Assembly (NCBI GenBank): GCA_965222075.1
Contig: OZ244937.1
Span: forward strand, 3,200,001 to 3,264,000
DNA from: Candidatus Latescibacterota bacterium
GTDB lineage: Bacteria > Latescibacterota > UBA2968 > GCA-2709665
Direction: 5' to 3'
DNA length: 64,000 nucleotides
Shown here: piece by piece, positions 30,013-40,398 of the stretch
Numbering within the stretch: position 1 is the first letter of the stretch
How the letters are laid out: every line of letters starts with the position of its first letter
Program-made: the position numbers and the translations under genes
The notes under the pieces: model-generated
Databases searched by the model: none
What the model saw: the letters and a program-made list of their open reading frames with translations, nothing else
Told to the model about the DNA's origin: nothing

Positions 30013-32541
30013 TCATTGGTTATTCTGTCGTTGCGTGGGGGCGACCGAGGAAAGCGGCAGGGTCACGCGCATGGTCGCTCCCCTTCCGGTTCCCTCGCTC
30101 AACGGCTGAATGCTCCCTCCGAGGGCAATGACAAAATTGGCCGCGGAATGGAGACCAAGCCCGCTCCCCGATTCTTTCGTCGTGTAACCGGGTGAAAAAA
30201 GCACCCTGGTGTCCTGGTTGCCGATGCCGATGCCGTTGTCGATCACCTCAAGGTAGAGAGATTCCGATCCGGCGCTGGCCCTGATCCGGATGCGGGGCGT
30301 TTCGTCGAGTCCCTGCGCGGCGGCAAGTTCATCGATGGCTTCGAGCGAATTTTTGACCAGGTTGACCAGCATCTGGTGAAACTGGCTCTCCTGGATGCAA
30401 ATCTCCCGCGGCGCATCTTCACAGTCGACGGTTACCTGGATGCCCCTCTTGTTGATGGAGTCCCTCAACACCCTGACGGCGCCCGAGAGCGCGTCGTGCA
30501 GGTCCACATCCTTGCGATCCATGCTGCTGGGACTGGCGAGCGCCTTCTGCGTGCGGACGATATCGGCGATATGGTTGGCCCGGTCCCGGACGCGGGCCAC
30601 GGTCTTCATCAGCTCTTCGTTCCGGCTGGAGAGGCTTTCCGCGAGTTCGACGATGAACGGCATCACCTTGCGGCCCTGAGGGTCGTTCGCGATATAGTCG
30701 ATCCAGTCCTCCCGGTGCGCCCGCACCGCCGCGGCCAGCGCGAAGAGACGGCGTACCACCGGGTCGTTCACCAGGTTGCGGCGCACGGTCTCGATGCCCG
30801 TGGTGACGCTGTTGATCGCGTTGCCGATGTTGTGGAGAATGGTATCCACGATCTCCAGCCGCCCCTGCGCGAAGGCTTGCGCCAGCGCCTCCTCGGCCAG
30901 CACGCGCTCGGTGACGTCGCGGAAAATGATCACCCCGCCCCCGACCCCGCCGATCTTGTCGAGCAGCGGCCGGGCGCTCACCCGGATATACACGCCGGCC
31001 GGTCGGTTGCGGTTGCGGATGAACACGTCCTCCTCGTCCACCGATTCGCCGTGGTGGATGGCGCGGACCAGCGGCAGATCCTCCGTTTTCATCGGTGTTT
31101 TACGGTTGGGATGGTAAACGCCGTATTTTTCGGCCCACTCATCCAGCGGCCCATCCTTTATGCCCATACCGACGATCTGTTCGGCGCCGGGATTGACGTA
31201 GAGGAATTCCCCTTCCGCATTGGCGACGATGATGCCGTCGCTGATGCTGCTGAAAATGGTCTCGATGAGCCGGGCCTGTTCCTGCTGCAGGGCGCGCGTC
31301 CGTTCCAGCTCGGCCTCCGCCTGCTTGAGCCTGGTGACGTCGCGGATGACGACCATGCCCCCCCCCGGAGCGCCCGGACTGCTCACCAGGGGCCTGCCGG
31401 TGACAGTGATGTAAACCCCTTCCGGCCTCTGCTCGTTGCGTATGAACAGCTCGACCCCGTCGGTGGCCTGGCCCTTCACCGCCAGCAGCAGCGGATTCAG
31501 CTCTTCGCTGAGCACCGTCTTCCCATCGGATTGAAAAACGCCGTAGGTCAGGGGCCAACGGGCGATATCTTTCTCCAGCGGATGATCGCCGCCGATCCGG
31601 CGCCCGCTCGAATTGTGAAACAGAAGCGACCCGTCTTCTCCCATGGCGACCACGCCCTCGCCCATGCTGTTCAGCAAGGTGCCCAGGAGCTGGGTCTGGT
31701 TCCGCTGCAGGGCGAGCGTCTGTTCCAGCTCGGCCTCGGCCCGCTTGAGCCTGGTGACGTCGCGGGCCACCATCAGGGCCTTCGCAGAACCCGCTCCATC
31801 CGGCAGGGGACTGCAGCGGAGGCTGAGATAAAAGCCTTCCGGCTTCTGCTCGTTGCGTATGAACAGCTCGATCTCGTCAGGGGTCTTGCCTTCCAGGGCA
31901 GGGATCAGCGGAAGATCCTCCACGGTGCAAAGCGTTTTTCCATCGGATTTGAAGATGCCGTATTTTTCGGCCCATTTGTGGATGTCCTTTTCCCTCGGGT
32001 CGCCGCCCATCCGCACCACGCGCGAATTGTAGAAAAAGGGCATCTTGTTCTCGTCGAAGGCGATCACGGCCTCGTTCATGCTGTTGAACATGGCTTTCAG
32101 GAGCCGGGTGAGATCTTTGTACTTGCCGATGATGCGTTTCAACCTGGCCTGCGTCCCCCTGTGCCTGCGGTCCCTCTCGTGCATGGAGACGGCGGTTTTG
32201 ATGTTCAGGTGCAGTTGGCGCGGGTCGAACGGCCTCAGCACGTAGCCGAACGGGTGGGTCGCCTGCGCCCGCTGCAACAGATCCCCCTCAACTTCGTCGG
32301 TCAGGTACACCACCGGAACATCGAATCGGCTGCCGAGACGCTCGGCCACTTCCGGGCCGGTCACCTCCCCTCCCAGCCCGAGATCCACCAGGGCCAGGTC
32401 GGGACGCTGGTCCCCGGCTATTTCAACAGCCTCACGCCCGCTCGAGACCGCAGCGCATACCGTATATCCCAGGTTTTTCAGGCATGCTTCCAGGTGTGCG
32501 GCGCCGTCGTCTTCCACAATCAGTATCTTTGTGCTGGTCAT
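30013..32541 (-). CDS. Hybrid sensor histidine kinase (REC, 3x PAS, HisKA-like, HATPase)
   Basis: LIVEDD, three PAS repeats, LHNIGN, NLVKNS, DNGIG, GSGLGL. Confidence 0.93.
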   Translation of the reverse strand: MTSTKILIVEDDGAAHLEACLKNLGYTVCAAVSSGREAVEIAGDQRPDLALVDLGLGGEVTGPEVAERLGSRFDVPVVYLTDEVEGDLLQRAQATHPFGYVLRPFDPRQLHLNIKTAVSMHERDRRHRGTQARLKRIIGKYKDLTRLLKAMFNSMNEAVIAFDENKMPFFYNSRVVRMGGDPREKDIHKWAEKYGIFKSDGKTLCTVEDLPLIPALEGKTPDEIELFIRNEQKPEGFYLSLRCSPLPDGAGSAKALMVARDVTRLKRAEAELEQTLALQRNQTQLLGTLLNSMGEGVVAMGEDGSLLFHNSSGRRIGGDHPLEKDIARWPLTYGVFQSDGKTVLSEELNPLLLAVKGQATDGVELFIRNEQRPEGVYITVTGRPLVSSPGAPGGGMVVIRDVTRLKQAEAELERTRALQQEQARLIETIFSSISDGIIVANAEGEFLYVNPGAEQIVGMGIKDGPLDEWAEKYGVYHPNRKTPMKTEDLPLVRAIHHGESVDEEDVFIRNRNRPAGVYIRVSARPLLDKIGGVGGGVIIFRDVTERVLAEEALAQAFAQGRLEIVDTILHNIGNAINSVTTGIETVRRNLVNDPVVRRLFALAAAVRAHREDWIDYIANDPQGRKVMPFIVELAESLSSRNEELMKTVARVRDRANHIADIVRTQKALASPSSMDRKDVDLHDALSGAVRVLRDSINKRGIQVTVDCEDAPREICIQESQFHQMLVNLVKNSLEAIDELAAAQGLDETPRIRIRASAGSESLYLEVIDNGIGIGNQDTRVLFSPGYTTKESGSGLGLHSAANFVIALGGSIQPLSEGTGRGATMRVTLPLSSVAPTQRQNNQ

Positions 32542-32684
32542 CCTGTTCGCGTCCTTTCCGGGCTTCTCACGGAAGCGGGTGTACTGTCATCTGTCTCATT
32601 GCCAAACAAAAATAAGGAAATTCAGGCTTTGGACAAGGGAAATCAACCGATTCATGGATTGACCAGAGTTCACGGGTTTTTTTG

Positions 32685-32708
32685 GTAGGGGCGGTTCGCG
32701 AACCGCTC
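32685..32708 (+). repeat. GTAG-type REP
   Basis: GTAGGGGCGGTTCGCGAACCGCTC. Confidence 0.8.
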
Positions 32709-32739
32709 ACCCCGGAAAGCCCGGATTTGGGAAAAAACC

Positions 32740-32768
32740 TTGACAGAGGTGTCGGAATTTGTTAATCT
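32740..32768 (+). promoter_or_regulatory. Sigma-70 promoter P1 of the aromatic operon leader
   Basis: TTGACA-17 bp-TAATCT. Confidence 0.75.
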
Positions 32769-32814
32769 TCAGTATCCGGCCGATTGCTGAGCACCCTGTT
32801 TCCGGAGACGGAAC

Positions 32815-32910
32815 GTGATTCTCGCGGCATACGACAGCTTTTTCTGGCGCAGTTTTCGGTACTACCGGTATTACCGGCAGGCACAGGAGCGTTGTATGCC
32901 CACACTGTAG
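32815..32910 (+). CDS. Aromatic-rich attenuator leader peptide MILAAYDSFFWRSFRYYRYYRQAQERCMPTL
   Basis: GGAG 7 nt before GTG; 5 Tyr, 3 Phe and 1 Trp within codons 6-20; upstream of trpE. Confidence 0.82.
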   Translation: MILAAYDSFFWRSFRYYRYYRQAQERCMPTL

Positions 32911-32936
32911 GCGATCTTTTTCCAGACGATGAAACC

Positions 32937-32967
32937 AGGCCGTGGGCACTTGCTCACGGCCTTTTTG
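32937..32967 (+). terminator. Attenuator terminator hairpin
   Basis: AGGCCGTGGGCA-ct-TGCTCACGGCCT followed by TTTT. Confidence 0.85.
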
Positions 32968-32983
32968 CTTGAACCGAAATCGC

Positions 32984-33013
32984 TTGACAAATCCTGAAAA
33001 AGCCGCTTATTAT
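32984..33013 (+). promoter_or_regulatory. Second sigma-70 promoter P2 downstream of the attenuator
   Basis: TTGACA-18 bp-TATTAT. Confidence 0.55.
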
Positions 33014-33063
33014 AGCGACTTATGTCGATAGAATTCTTACAGTTATCCACATAGAGAACATCC

Positions 33064-34539
33064 GTGATCCAGCCCGATTTCAAGGCCGTGCGCAGGCTCT
33101 CCGAAGCGGGAGGGCTTGTCCCGATCTTCAGAGATATCCTGGGCGATACCAAAACGCCGGTCTCGGCTTATCTCAAAATCCGTTCGAAAAGCCCGCTCAC
33201 CTTCCTTCTGGAGAGCGTGGAGGGCGGTGAGAAGATCGGCCGGTACTCCTTTCTGGGCATCGAGCCTTTTCTGGTCTTTCGATCCCGTGGAAAACACGTC
33301 CGGGTTGAAGATCTGAAGCGGGGCGAAGTGAAAGCGTTTGAAAGCGACCCCATCGTTGAACTCCGTCGGCTTCTGGCGCAGTATCGTTCCGTGCACGTCA
33401 AGGGGCTTCCCCCCTTTACGGGAGGCGCGGTGGGATATGTGGGCTACGATGCGATCCGTCTGATCGAGGAGATTCCGGATCGCACGCAGGACGACCTGGG
33501 GCTGGACGATATTGTCCTCCTCTTTTTCGACACCCTCCTGGCTTTTGACAATATTCGGCACAAAATCCACCTGATCTCCAACGTCCACACGGATGGGGAC
33601 TTGAAGGCCAATTACCAGGAGGCCGCCGACCGCATCACCTCTCTGGAGGAGATCCTGAAGCGCCCGGCGGATATCGCTCCGAAGCGGGGCACGAGCGCCT
33701 GTGAGGTGCGGTCCAATACGGTGGTGGAAGACTACCTGGAGCAGGTGCGGCGCTGCAAGGACTATATTGTGGCAGGCGACATCTTCCAGGCGGTGCTTTC
33801 GCAGCGTTTTGAAACGGATGTGACCGTGGATTCGCTCGACATCTACCGGATGCTGCGGGTGGTGAACCCGTCGCCTTACATGTTTCACCTGGACCTGGAA
33901 GATCTGCAGCTTGTGGGGGCCTCTCCGGAACTGCTGGTGCGGGTGGAGGACGGCATCGTTCAGGTGCGCCCGATTGCGGGCACCCGCCCGCGCGGGGAGA
34001 CCGAAGAGGAAGACCGGGTGCTGGAGAAGGAACTGCTGGCGGACGAAAAAGAGCGCGCCGAGCATATTATGCTGGTGGACCTGGGGCGCAACGACGTGGG
34101 GCGGGTCTCGGACTACGATACCGTCCGGGTGACGGAGCGGATGGAGATAGAGCGCTATTCCCATGTGATGCATATTGTCTCCAACGTCAAGGGCAAGCTC
34201 CGAAAGGGTGTCGACGCCCTGGACGCCCTGTTCGCCTGCTACCCCGCGGGCACGGTTTCCGGGGCACCCAAGATCCGGGCGATGGAGATTATTGACGAAT
34301 TGGAGCCCACCCGGCGCGGGCCCTATGCCGGGGCGGTGGGCTACATCGATTTTTCGGGCAACATGGACACCTGCATTGCCATCCGGACAATGGTGGTCAA
34401 AGGAAGCAGGGTCTACGTGCAGGCGGGCGGCGGAATCGTGTTCGATTCGGTGCCGGAGAATGAGTACGAAGAGACGGTGAACAAGGCGAAAGCGCTGTTC
34501 CGGGCCGTGCAGGCGGCCGAACGGGGGGAACTACGGTGA
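33064..34539 (+). CDS. trpE: Anthranilate synthase component I
   Basis: [48 protein letters not shown]. Confidence 0.96.
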   Translation: MIQPDFKAVRRLSEAGGLVPIFRDILGDTKTPVSAYLKIRSKSPLTFLLESVEGGEKIGRYSFLGIEPFLVFRSRGKHVRVEDLKRGEVKAFESDPIVELRRLLAQYRSVHVKGLPPFTGGAVGYVGYDAIRLIEEIPDRTQDDLGLDDIVLLFFDTLLAFDNIRHKIHLISNVHTDGDLKANYQEAADRITSLEEILKRPADIAPKRGTSACEVRSNTVVEDYLEQVRRCKDYIVAGDIFQAVLSQRFETDVTVDSLDIYRMLRVVNPSPYMFHLDLEDLQLVGASPELLVRVEDGIVQVRPIAGTRPRGETEEEDRVLEKELLADEKERAEHIMLVDLGRNDVGRVSDYDTVRVTERMEIERYSHVMHIVSNVKGKLRKGVDALDALFACYPAGTVSGAPKIRAMEIIDELEPTRRGPYAGAVGYIDFSGNMDTCIAIRTMVVKGSRVYVQAGGGIVFDSVPENEYEETVNKAKALFRAVQAAERGELR

Positions 34540-34549
34540 GGGTGTGCCG

Positions 34550-35113
34550 ATGATTCTGGTGATCGACAATTACGATTCGTTTACCTACAATCTGGTCCAG
34601 TACCTGGGGGAGTTGGGGGCCGATCTGGAGGTCTACCGGAACGATCGGATCACGCTGGAAGAAGTTGAGGGACTTGCGCCTGAGAAGATCGTGGTCTCGC
34701 CGGGACCCTGTACGCCCAACGAGGCGGGAATTTCGGTGGACCTGATCCGGACCTTTGCCGACAGGATTCCGATCCTGGGGGTCTGTCTGGGACACCAGGC
34801 GGTCGGCCAGGCCTTCGGGGGAAAGGTGGTGGGCGCGCCGACGATTATGCACGGCAAGGTCTCGGAGATCCAGCACGACGGCCGGACCATCTTCAAGGGG
34901 ATGTCCCAACCCTTTATTGCCACCCGCTACCACTCTCTGATCGTCGAGCGGGAGTGCTTGCCGGACTGTCTGGAGGTCTCCGCAGAGACCGAGGACGGAA
35001 CGGTCATGGGGCTGCGCCATCTGGAACTTCCCGTGGAGGGCGTCCAGTTCCATCCGGAGTCGATTTTGACCGTGGAGGGGAAACATCTCCTCAAGAATTT
35101 TCTGGACGCTTAA
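34550..35113 (+). CDS. trpG: Anthranilate synthase component II
   Basis: [26 protein letters not shown]. Confidence 0.95.
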   Translation: MILVIDNYDSFTYNLVQYLGELGADLEVYRNDRITLEEVEGLAPEKIVVSPGPCTPNEAGISVDLIRTFADRIPILGVCLGHQAVGQAFGGKVVGAPTIMHGKVSEIQHDGRTIFKGMSQPFIATRYHSLIVERECLPDCLEVSAETEDGTVMGLRHLELPVEGVQFHPESILTVEGKHLLKNFLDA

Positions 35114-35126
35114 GCAGGAGCCGGAT

Positions 35127-36176
35127 ATGACCATACAGGATGCGATTGCAAAGCTGATCGAGGGTGAGGATCTGACCCGCGAGGAGACCGTTGGGGCGAT
35201 GGACCGGATCATGTCGGGAGACGCCACGGATGCGCAGATCGGGGCATTTCTGGTCGCTTTGCGCCTCAAAGGAGAGACCGTGGAAGAGATTGCGGGGGCG
35301 GCGGAGGTGATGTGCCAGAAGGCGACCCGTATTGATACGCGGCATGAGGTGGTGGTGGATACCTGCGGCACCGGCGGAGACCATTCGGGCACGTTCAACA
35401 TTTCCACGGCGGCCGCTTTTGTGGTTTCCGGCGCGGGGCTGTGCGTGGCCAAGCACGGCAACCGGGCCATATCGAGTCTGTGCGGCAGCGCAGATGTGCT
35501 GAAGGCCTTAGGCGTGAATATCGAGGCTTCGCCCGAGACCGTGGGCCGCTGTTTGGACGAAGTGGGCATCGGCTTCCTGTTTGCTCCGGCGCTGCACGGC
35601 GCGATGAAATATGCGATCGGCCCAAGGCGTGAGCTTGGCATCCGCACCATCTTTAACGTGCTTGGCCCCCTGACCAACCCGGCGGGCGCCCGGAGACAGG
35701 TGGTCGGTGTGTACAGCGGAGGGTTGACCGAGCCCCTGGCCGAGGTCCTGGGGCGCCTCGGAGCGGAGCGGGCCTTTGTCGTGCACGGCTCGGACGGTCT
35801 GGATGAAATCACGCTGACCGGCGCCACACGGGTGAGCGAATTGCGCGATGGCTCGGCTTCCACGTATGAAATCACCCCCGAAGATTTCGGATTCTCCAGG
35901 GCCGATGCAGGAGACCTGAAGGGGGGAGATGCAAAGACGAACGCCGAGATCGTGCGCTCTGTTCTCAGCGGGGAGCCGGGAGCCAGGCGGGATATTGTGC
36001 TGCTCAATGCGGCTGCGGGCATTGTCGCCGGCGGCCTGGCCGGGGATATGTCAGGAGGGGTTGAGGCGGCCCGGCAGGCGGTGGATTCGGGGCGGGCGAT
36101 GGAGAAACTGGAAGGATTGAGAACAGCGAGCAGGGGCGGTTCGCGAACCGCCCCTACTTACCGGGGTAGAACCTGA
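35127..36176 (+). CDS. trpD: Anthranilate phosphoribosyltransferase
   Basis: [22 protein letters not shown]. Confidence 0.96.
   Translation: MTIQDAIAKLIEGEDLTREETVGAMDRIMSGDATDAQIGAFLVALRLKGETVEEIAGAAEVMCQKATRIDTRHEVVVDTCGTGGDHSGTFNISTAAAFVVSGAGLCVAKHGNRAISSLCGSADVLKALGVNIEASPETVGRCLDEVGIGFLFAPALHGAMKYAIGPRRELGIRTIFNVLGPLTNPAGARRQVVGVYSGGLTEPLAEVLGRLGAERAFVVHGSDGLDEITLTGATRVSELRDGSASTYEITPEDFGFSRADAGDLKGGDAKTNAEIVRSVLSGEPGARRDIVLLNAAAGIVAGGLAGDMSGGVEAARQAVDSGRAMEKLEGLRTASRGGSRTAPTYRGRT
36132..36157 (-). repeat. GTAG-type REP inside the trpD 3' end
   Basis: AGGGGCGGTTCGCGAACCGCCCCTAC, read as RGGSRTAPT. Confidence 0.85.
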
Positions 36177-36210
36177 AATGGCAACCCGGAACGGGATAAA
36201 GGAGGGGTCG

Positions 36211-37020
36211 GTGGGCACGATTCTGGATGAGATTGTGGCCTACAAGCGGCAGTTTGTGGCGAAAAGACGCGCGCGGGCGCCCCTTGAGGAGGTGCAGCAG
36301 CTTGATGAATCGGCCCCAACGCCTCCCTCTTTTTTTGAGAGCCTCATTGAAGGGGACGATGTTGCGATCATCGCCGAGGTGAAGAAGGCTTCTCCGTCCA
36401 AAGGGATCATTCGGGCGGATTTCGATCCGGTGGCTATCGCAGAGATTTACGAGCGCAACGGGGCCTCGACGATTTCCGTGCTGACGGATGAGAAGTACTT
36501 TCAGGGGGCGGATGCGTATCTGACCCGGGTGAGCAGCGCGGTGGACCTTCCGGTTCTTCGGAAGGATTTTGTGATTGATGCCTACCAGATCTACGAGGCA
36601 AGGGCCATCGGCGCTGCGGCCGTGCTCCTGATTGCGGCGATTCTTTCACGCGTTGAACTGGAAGATTACCTCGAGCTCTGCCGTGAGGTCGGCCTGGATG
36701 CCCTGGTGGAGGTCCATACCGGGGACGAGGTTCGAACCGCGCTTGACTCCGGGGCCGATATTGTGGGGGTTAACAATCGGGATCTCAGGACGTTTCAGGC
36801 CGATTTGCAGACGACGCTGAGGCTGATGGACGATCTTCCCGAGGATCTGGTCATTGTCAGTGAAAGCGGCATACATACACGGGACGATGTGGTTCGGCTG
36901 CGCGATGCCGGCGCCGATGCCGTTCTGGTGGGCGAAAGCCTGATGCGTGAGCCGGATATCGGCCTCAAGCTACGAGAATTGCTGGGGAAGGAAGGCCCTG
37001 ATTCGCCATGGTTCGGGTGA
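36211..37020 (+). CDS. trpC: Indole-3-glycerol phosphate synthase
   Basis: IAEVKKASPSKG, LRKDF, GVNNRDL, SESGI; alternative start 36178. Confidence 0.95.
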   Translation: MGTILDEIVAYKRQFVAKRRARAPLEEVQQLDESAPTPPSFFESLIEGDDVAIIAEVKKASPSKGIIRADFDPVAIAEIYERNGASTISVLTDEKYFQGADAYLTRVSSAVDLPVLRKDFVIDAYQIYEARAIGAAAVLLIAAILSRVELEDYLELCREVGLDALVEVHTGDEVRTALDSGADIVGVNNRDLRTFQADLQTTLRLMDDLPEDLVIVSESGIHTRDDVVRLRDAGADAVLVGESLMREPDIGLKLRELLGKEGPDSPWFG

Positions 37021-37625
37021 AGATCTGCGGGATTACGAACCGGGAGGACGCGCGCTGTGCGGTCGAACACGGGACAGACGCCCTCGGATTTATCTTTTTC
37101 CCGCCAAGCCCGCGCTACATTCGGCCCGAACAGGCCCGGGAGATTATCCGCGGCCTGCCGCCGTTCGTGACGCCAGTGGGGGTTTTTGTGAACGAAGACC
37201 GGGAGCGGATCGCGTCTGTCGCAACCTCCACCGGCCTGCGGGCGATCCAGCTCCACGGAGATGAATCCCCCGAAGAGTGTCGGGGGCATGCGGTGCCGGT
37301 GATCCGGGCGCTGCGGGTGGGCAGGGGGTTCGACCCTGCCGCGATGGAAGCTTACCCGGTTGAAACCTTTTTGCTGGACACGGCCAGGCCCGGACTTTAC
37401 GGCGGGACAGGCGAGACGTTCGACTGGACATTTGCCAGGGCGGGGGCTGCTTACGGTCGGATCATCCTCTCAGGCGGCATCAATCCCGAAAACGTGACCG
37501 AAGCGATTCGCTCTGTAAGCCCCTATGCAGTGGATTGCGGCAGCGGGGTTGAGGCCGAGCCTGGGCGAAAGGATCACGAAAAGGTGGCGGCGTTTTTCCA
37601 GGCGGTTAGATTGTTTGAGGAATGA
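37008..37625 (+). CDS. trpF: Phosphoribosylanthranilate isomerase
   Basis: VKICGIT, QLHGDE, GGTGETFDW. Confidence 0.95.
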   Translation: MVRVKICGITNREDARCAVEHGTDALGFIFFPPSPRYIRPEQAREIIRGLPPFVTPVGVFVNEDRERIASVATSTGLRAIQLHGDESPEECRGHAVPVIRALRVGRGFDPAAMEAYPVETFLLDTARPGLYGGTGETFDWTFARAGAAYGRIILSGGINPENVTEAIRSVSPYAVDCGSGVEAEPGRKDHEKVAAFFQAVRLFEE

Positions 37626-38845
37626 ATATGTCGAAGTCGATCGCTGAACAGGTCGCTATTTTGATGCACGGCGTAAAATATGGGGATCAGCAGCTTGCGG
37701 AACGGATGACCGAGGAACTCCGGGAACGCCTGGCCGAGGGGCGTCCTCTGAAGGTTTACTGCGGCTACGATCCCACAGCTCCCGATATCCACTTAGGGCA
37801 TACGGTGACGATGCGGAAGCTGCGCCAGTTCCAGGAGTTGGGGCACGAAGTGACCTTTCTCATCGGGACCTTCACCGGCCAGATCGGGGGAGATCCTTCG
37901 GATAAGGACAGTGTCCGGTCCCAGCAGACCCCGGAGCAGGTCGCTGAAAATACCCGGACGTATGCGGAGCAGGCGTTCAAGATTCTGGACCGGGAACGGA
38001 CGATCGTGCGTTACAATGCCGACTGGTTGAGCGGGCTTTCTTTTGAGGAGGTGATCCGGCTTGCTTCCTACTTTACCGTGCAGCAGTTTCTGGCCCGGGA
38101 CAATTTCCGCAAACGGTGGGACGCCAAAGACCCGATCTGGATGCACGAGTTTTTTTATGCGCTGATGCAGAGCTACGACGCGGTGATGCTGGAGACTGAT
38201 GTACAGCTTGGCGGTACGGAGCAGCTTTTTAATCTGATGGCAGGGCGAAAGTTGCAGGAGGCTTTCGGTCAGCGCCCTCAGGTCTGTATCGTTATGCCGA
38301 TCCTGGTCGGCACGGACGGCCACATGCGGATGAGCAAGTCTACCGGGAACTATATCGGCGTGGATGAGCCGCCCGGGGAGCAGTACGGGAAGGTGATGAG
38401 CCTGCCCGACGAGGCGATGTCGAGCTATTTCAATCTGGTGACGCCCTGGTCGCTTGAGGAGATTGCCGGCCTGGAGAAGGATCTGGCCGAGGGGCGCCTG
38501 CACCCGATGGAGGCCAAGCACCGACTTGCCCGGGAGGTTGTGGAGATTTTCCACGGCGGAGAGGCTGCGGACCGGGCCAGGGCACGCTTCGAACAGCTAC
38601 ACCAGAAGCGGGATCTCCCCCAGGATATGCCAAGCTTTGCGCTGAGTGAACCGATGAAGTTGCTGGACCTGATGGTCGCATCCGGCCTGGCGCCCAGCAA
38701 GAGCGAAGGCCGGCGGCTGATCCAGCAAGGGGGCGTGCAACTCGACGGCCAGCGCATCTCTGATTTGAACTCCGTGGTGAAAATAGACGGGGCTTCCGTA
38801 CTTCGGGTGGGAAAGCGCCGGTTCCTCCGGCTGGAGAGGGCATAA
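37622..38845 (+). CDS. tyrS: Tyrosine--tRNA ligase
   Basis: YCGYDPTAPDIHLGH, MSKS, C-terminal S4 domain (VGKRRF). Confidence 0.95.
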   Translation: MNMSKSIAEQVAILMHGVKYGDQQLAERMTEELRERLAEGRPLKVYCGYDPTAPDIHLGHTVTMRKLRQFQELGHEVTFLIGTFTGQIGGDPSDKDSVRSQQTPEQVAENTRTYAEQAFKILDRERTIVRYNADWLSGLSFEEVIRLASYFTVQQFLARDNFRKRWDAKDPIWMHEFFYALMQSYDAVMLETDVQLGGTEQLFNLMAGRKLQEAFGQRPQVCIVMPILVGTDGHMRMSKSTGNYIGVDEPPGEQYGKVMSLPDEAMSSYFNLVTPWSLEEIAGLEKDLAEGRLHPMEAKHRLAREVVEIFHGGEAADRARARFEQLHQKRDLPQDMPSFALSEPMKLLDLMVASGLAPSKSEGRRLIQQGGVQLDGQRISDLNSVVKIDGASVLRVGKRRFLRLERA

Positions 38846-38884
38846 TTGGAAGATAGAACGCGTTTGCCGGCTCGGCTTCTGCGA

Positions 38885-39085
38885 CTCCCCCGCTTTGGTG
38901 TGGGGGGAAGGGGCTTTTCCGCGCGGTTCCGTCCACCGCCTTCGCCGCGTGAATCCATAAACGCTCGCAGGGCAGAAGCTTCCGCTTACACCCCAGGGGC
39001 TATTCGCGGAAAAGCAGCCCCCGCGGCGTTTGAGCGGCGCCCTTCTTTTTCGGCCTTTTTCTTGGGCGAACAAGAAAAAGGCCAA
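38885..39085. repeat. Repeat family A, uninterrupted copy
   Basis: GGGGCTTTTCCGCG...CGCGGAAAAGCAGCCCC long-range IR and GGCCTTTTTCTTG-GGCGAA-CAAGAAAAAGGCC hairpin shared with 8405-8770. Confidence 0.85.
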
Positions 39086-39169
39086 GAACAAAAGAACAGT
39101 TGAACCTGAGTATCTTACCGAAAGGCTATTTTCTAAACAGCAGTAGCTTCTATGGGAAAGGGTAGACGC

Positions 39170-40393
39170 ATGCCAGAGGTCAACCCGACAGAAGCAACAG
39201 GGACTCTCCCCGACGGGGGCGGACATTTTGGGCCCTACGGAGGGCGCTATGTACCCGAGACGTTGATGGCCCTCCTGGAGGATCTGGAGGCGGCCTACCG
39301 GGAGGCAAAAGACGATCCGGCGTTTCAGGCCGAGCTTGAGTATTACCTGCGGGAATTCGTGGGCCGGCCCACGCCGCTTTACTTCGCGCGGCGGCTGACC
39401 GGGGAGCTGGGAGGCGCCAGGATCTACCTGAAGCGGGAGGACCTGGCGCATACCGGGGCGCACAAGATCAACAACACGATGGGGCAGATCCTGCTGGCGA
39501 AGCGGATGGGGAAGACGCGGATTATCGCAGAGACGGGCGCGGGGCAGCACGGGGTGGCCACGGCGACGGTGGCGGCCATGTTCGGGCTGGAGTGCGAGAT
39601 CTTTATGGGGACCGAAGATATGGAGCGGCAGGCGCTCAATGTCTTCCGGATGCGCCTGCTGGGGGCGAAGGTAACCGGGGTGGCGTCGGGCAGCCGGACA
39701 CTCAAGGACGCCATCAACGAGGCGATTCGGGACTGGGTAACCCATGTGGAGACGACCTTCTATATCTTCGGATCGGTGCTGGGACCGCACCCCTATCCGA
39801 TGATCGTCCGGGATTTCCAGCGGGTGATCGGCGTGGAGGCCCGGGTGCAGGTACTGGAGGCGGAGGGGAGTCTGCCCGCCTGCCTGATCGCCTGCGTGGG
39901 GGGAGGGAGCAATTCGATCGGACTCTTCCACGCCTTCCTGGAGGATTCGGGTGTCCGGATGATCGGCGTGGAGGCCGGGGGACGGGGGATCGCCACCGGC
40001 GACCATGCGGCCCGGTTCCAGGGGGGGGACCTGGGGGTATTGCACGGGGCGCGCATCTACCTGCTCCAGGACGGCGACGGGCAGATTGCCCTGACCCACT
40101 CGGTGTCGGCCGGGCTGGACTATTCGGGGGTGGGGCCGGAGCACTGCTACCTGCGGGACCGGGAGCGGATCGACTATACCTATGCCACGGACGAGGAGGC
40201 CCTGGAGGCCTTCCAGATGCTGAGCCGGACGGAGGGAATCATTCCGGCGCTGGAAAGCGCGCACGCGGTCGCCCACGCCTGCAAGGTGGCGGCGCAGATG
40301 GACAGGGAGGAGGTCCTGGTCGTCAACCTCTCCGGGCGGGGAGACAAGGACGTGCAGCAGGCGGCCGGCTTTATCAAAGAGAGTGAAGGGTAG
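39170..40393 (+). CDS. trpB: Tryptophan synthase beta chain
   Basis: [32 protein letters not shown]. Confidence 0.97.
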   Translation: MPEVNPTEATGTLPDGGGHFGPYGGRYVPETLMALLEDLEAAYREAKDDPAFQAELEYYLREFVGRPTPLYFARRLTGELGGARIYLKREDLAHTGAHKINNTMGQILLAKRMGKTRIIAETGAGQHGVATATVAAMFGLECEIFMGTEDMERQALNVFRMRLLGAKVTGVASGSRTLKDAINEAIRDWVTHVETTFYIFGSVLGPHPYPMIVRDFQRVIGVEARVQVLEAEGSLPACLIACVGGGSNSIGLFHAFLEDSGVRMIGVEAGGRGIATGDHAARFQGGDLGVLHGARIYLLQDGDGQIALTHSVSAGLDYSGVGPEHCYLRDRERIDYTYATDEEALEAFQMLSRTEGIIPALESAHAVAHACKVAAQMDREEVLVVNLSGRGDKDVQQAAGFIKESEG

Positions 40394-40398
40394 ATTCC

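Noticed and set aside
32770-32970. T-box or metabolite riboswitch
   Set aside because: No T-box GGTGGNACCGCG motif; a leader-peptide attenuator explains the helices.
33043-33051. Perfect DnaA box TTATCCACA
   Set aside because: Single copy with no box cluster or dnaA; not evidence for an origin.
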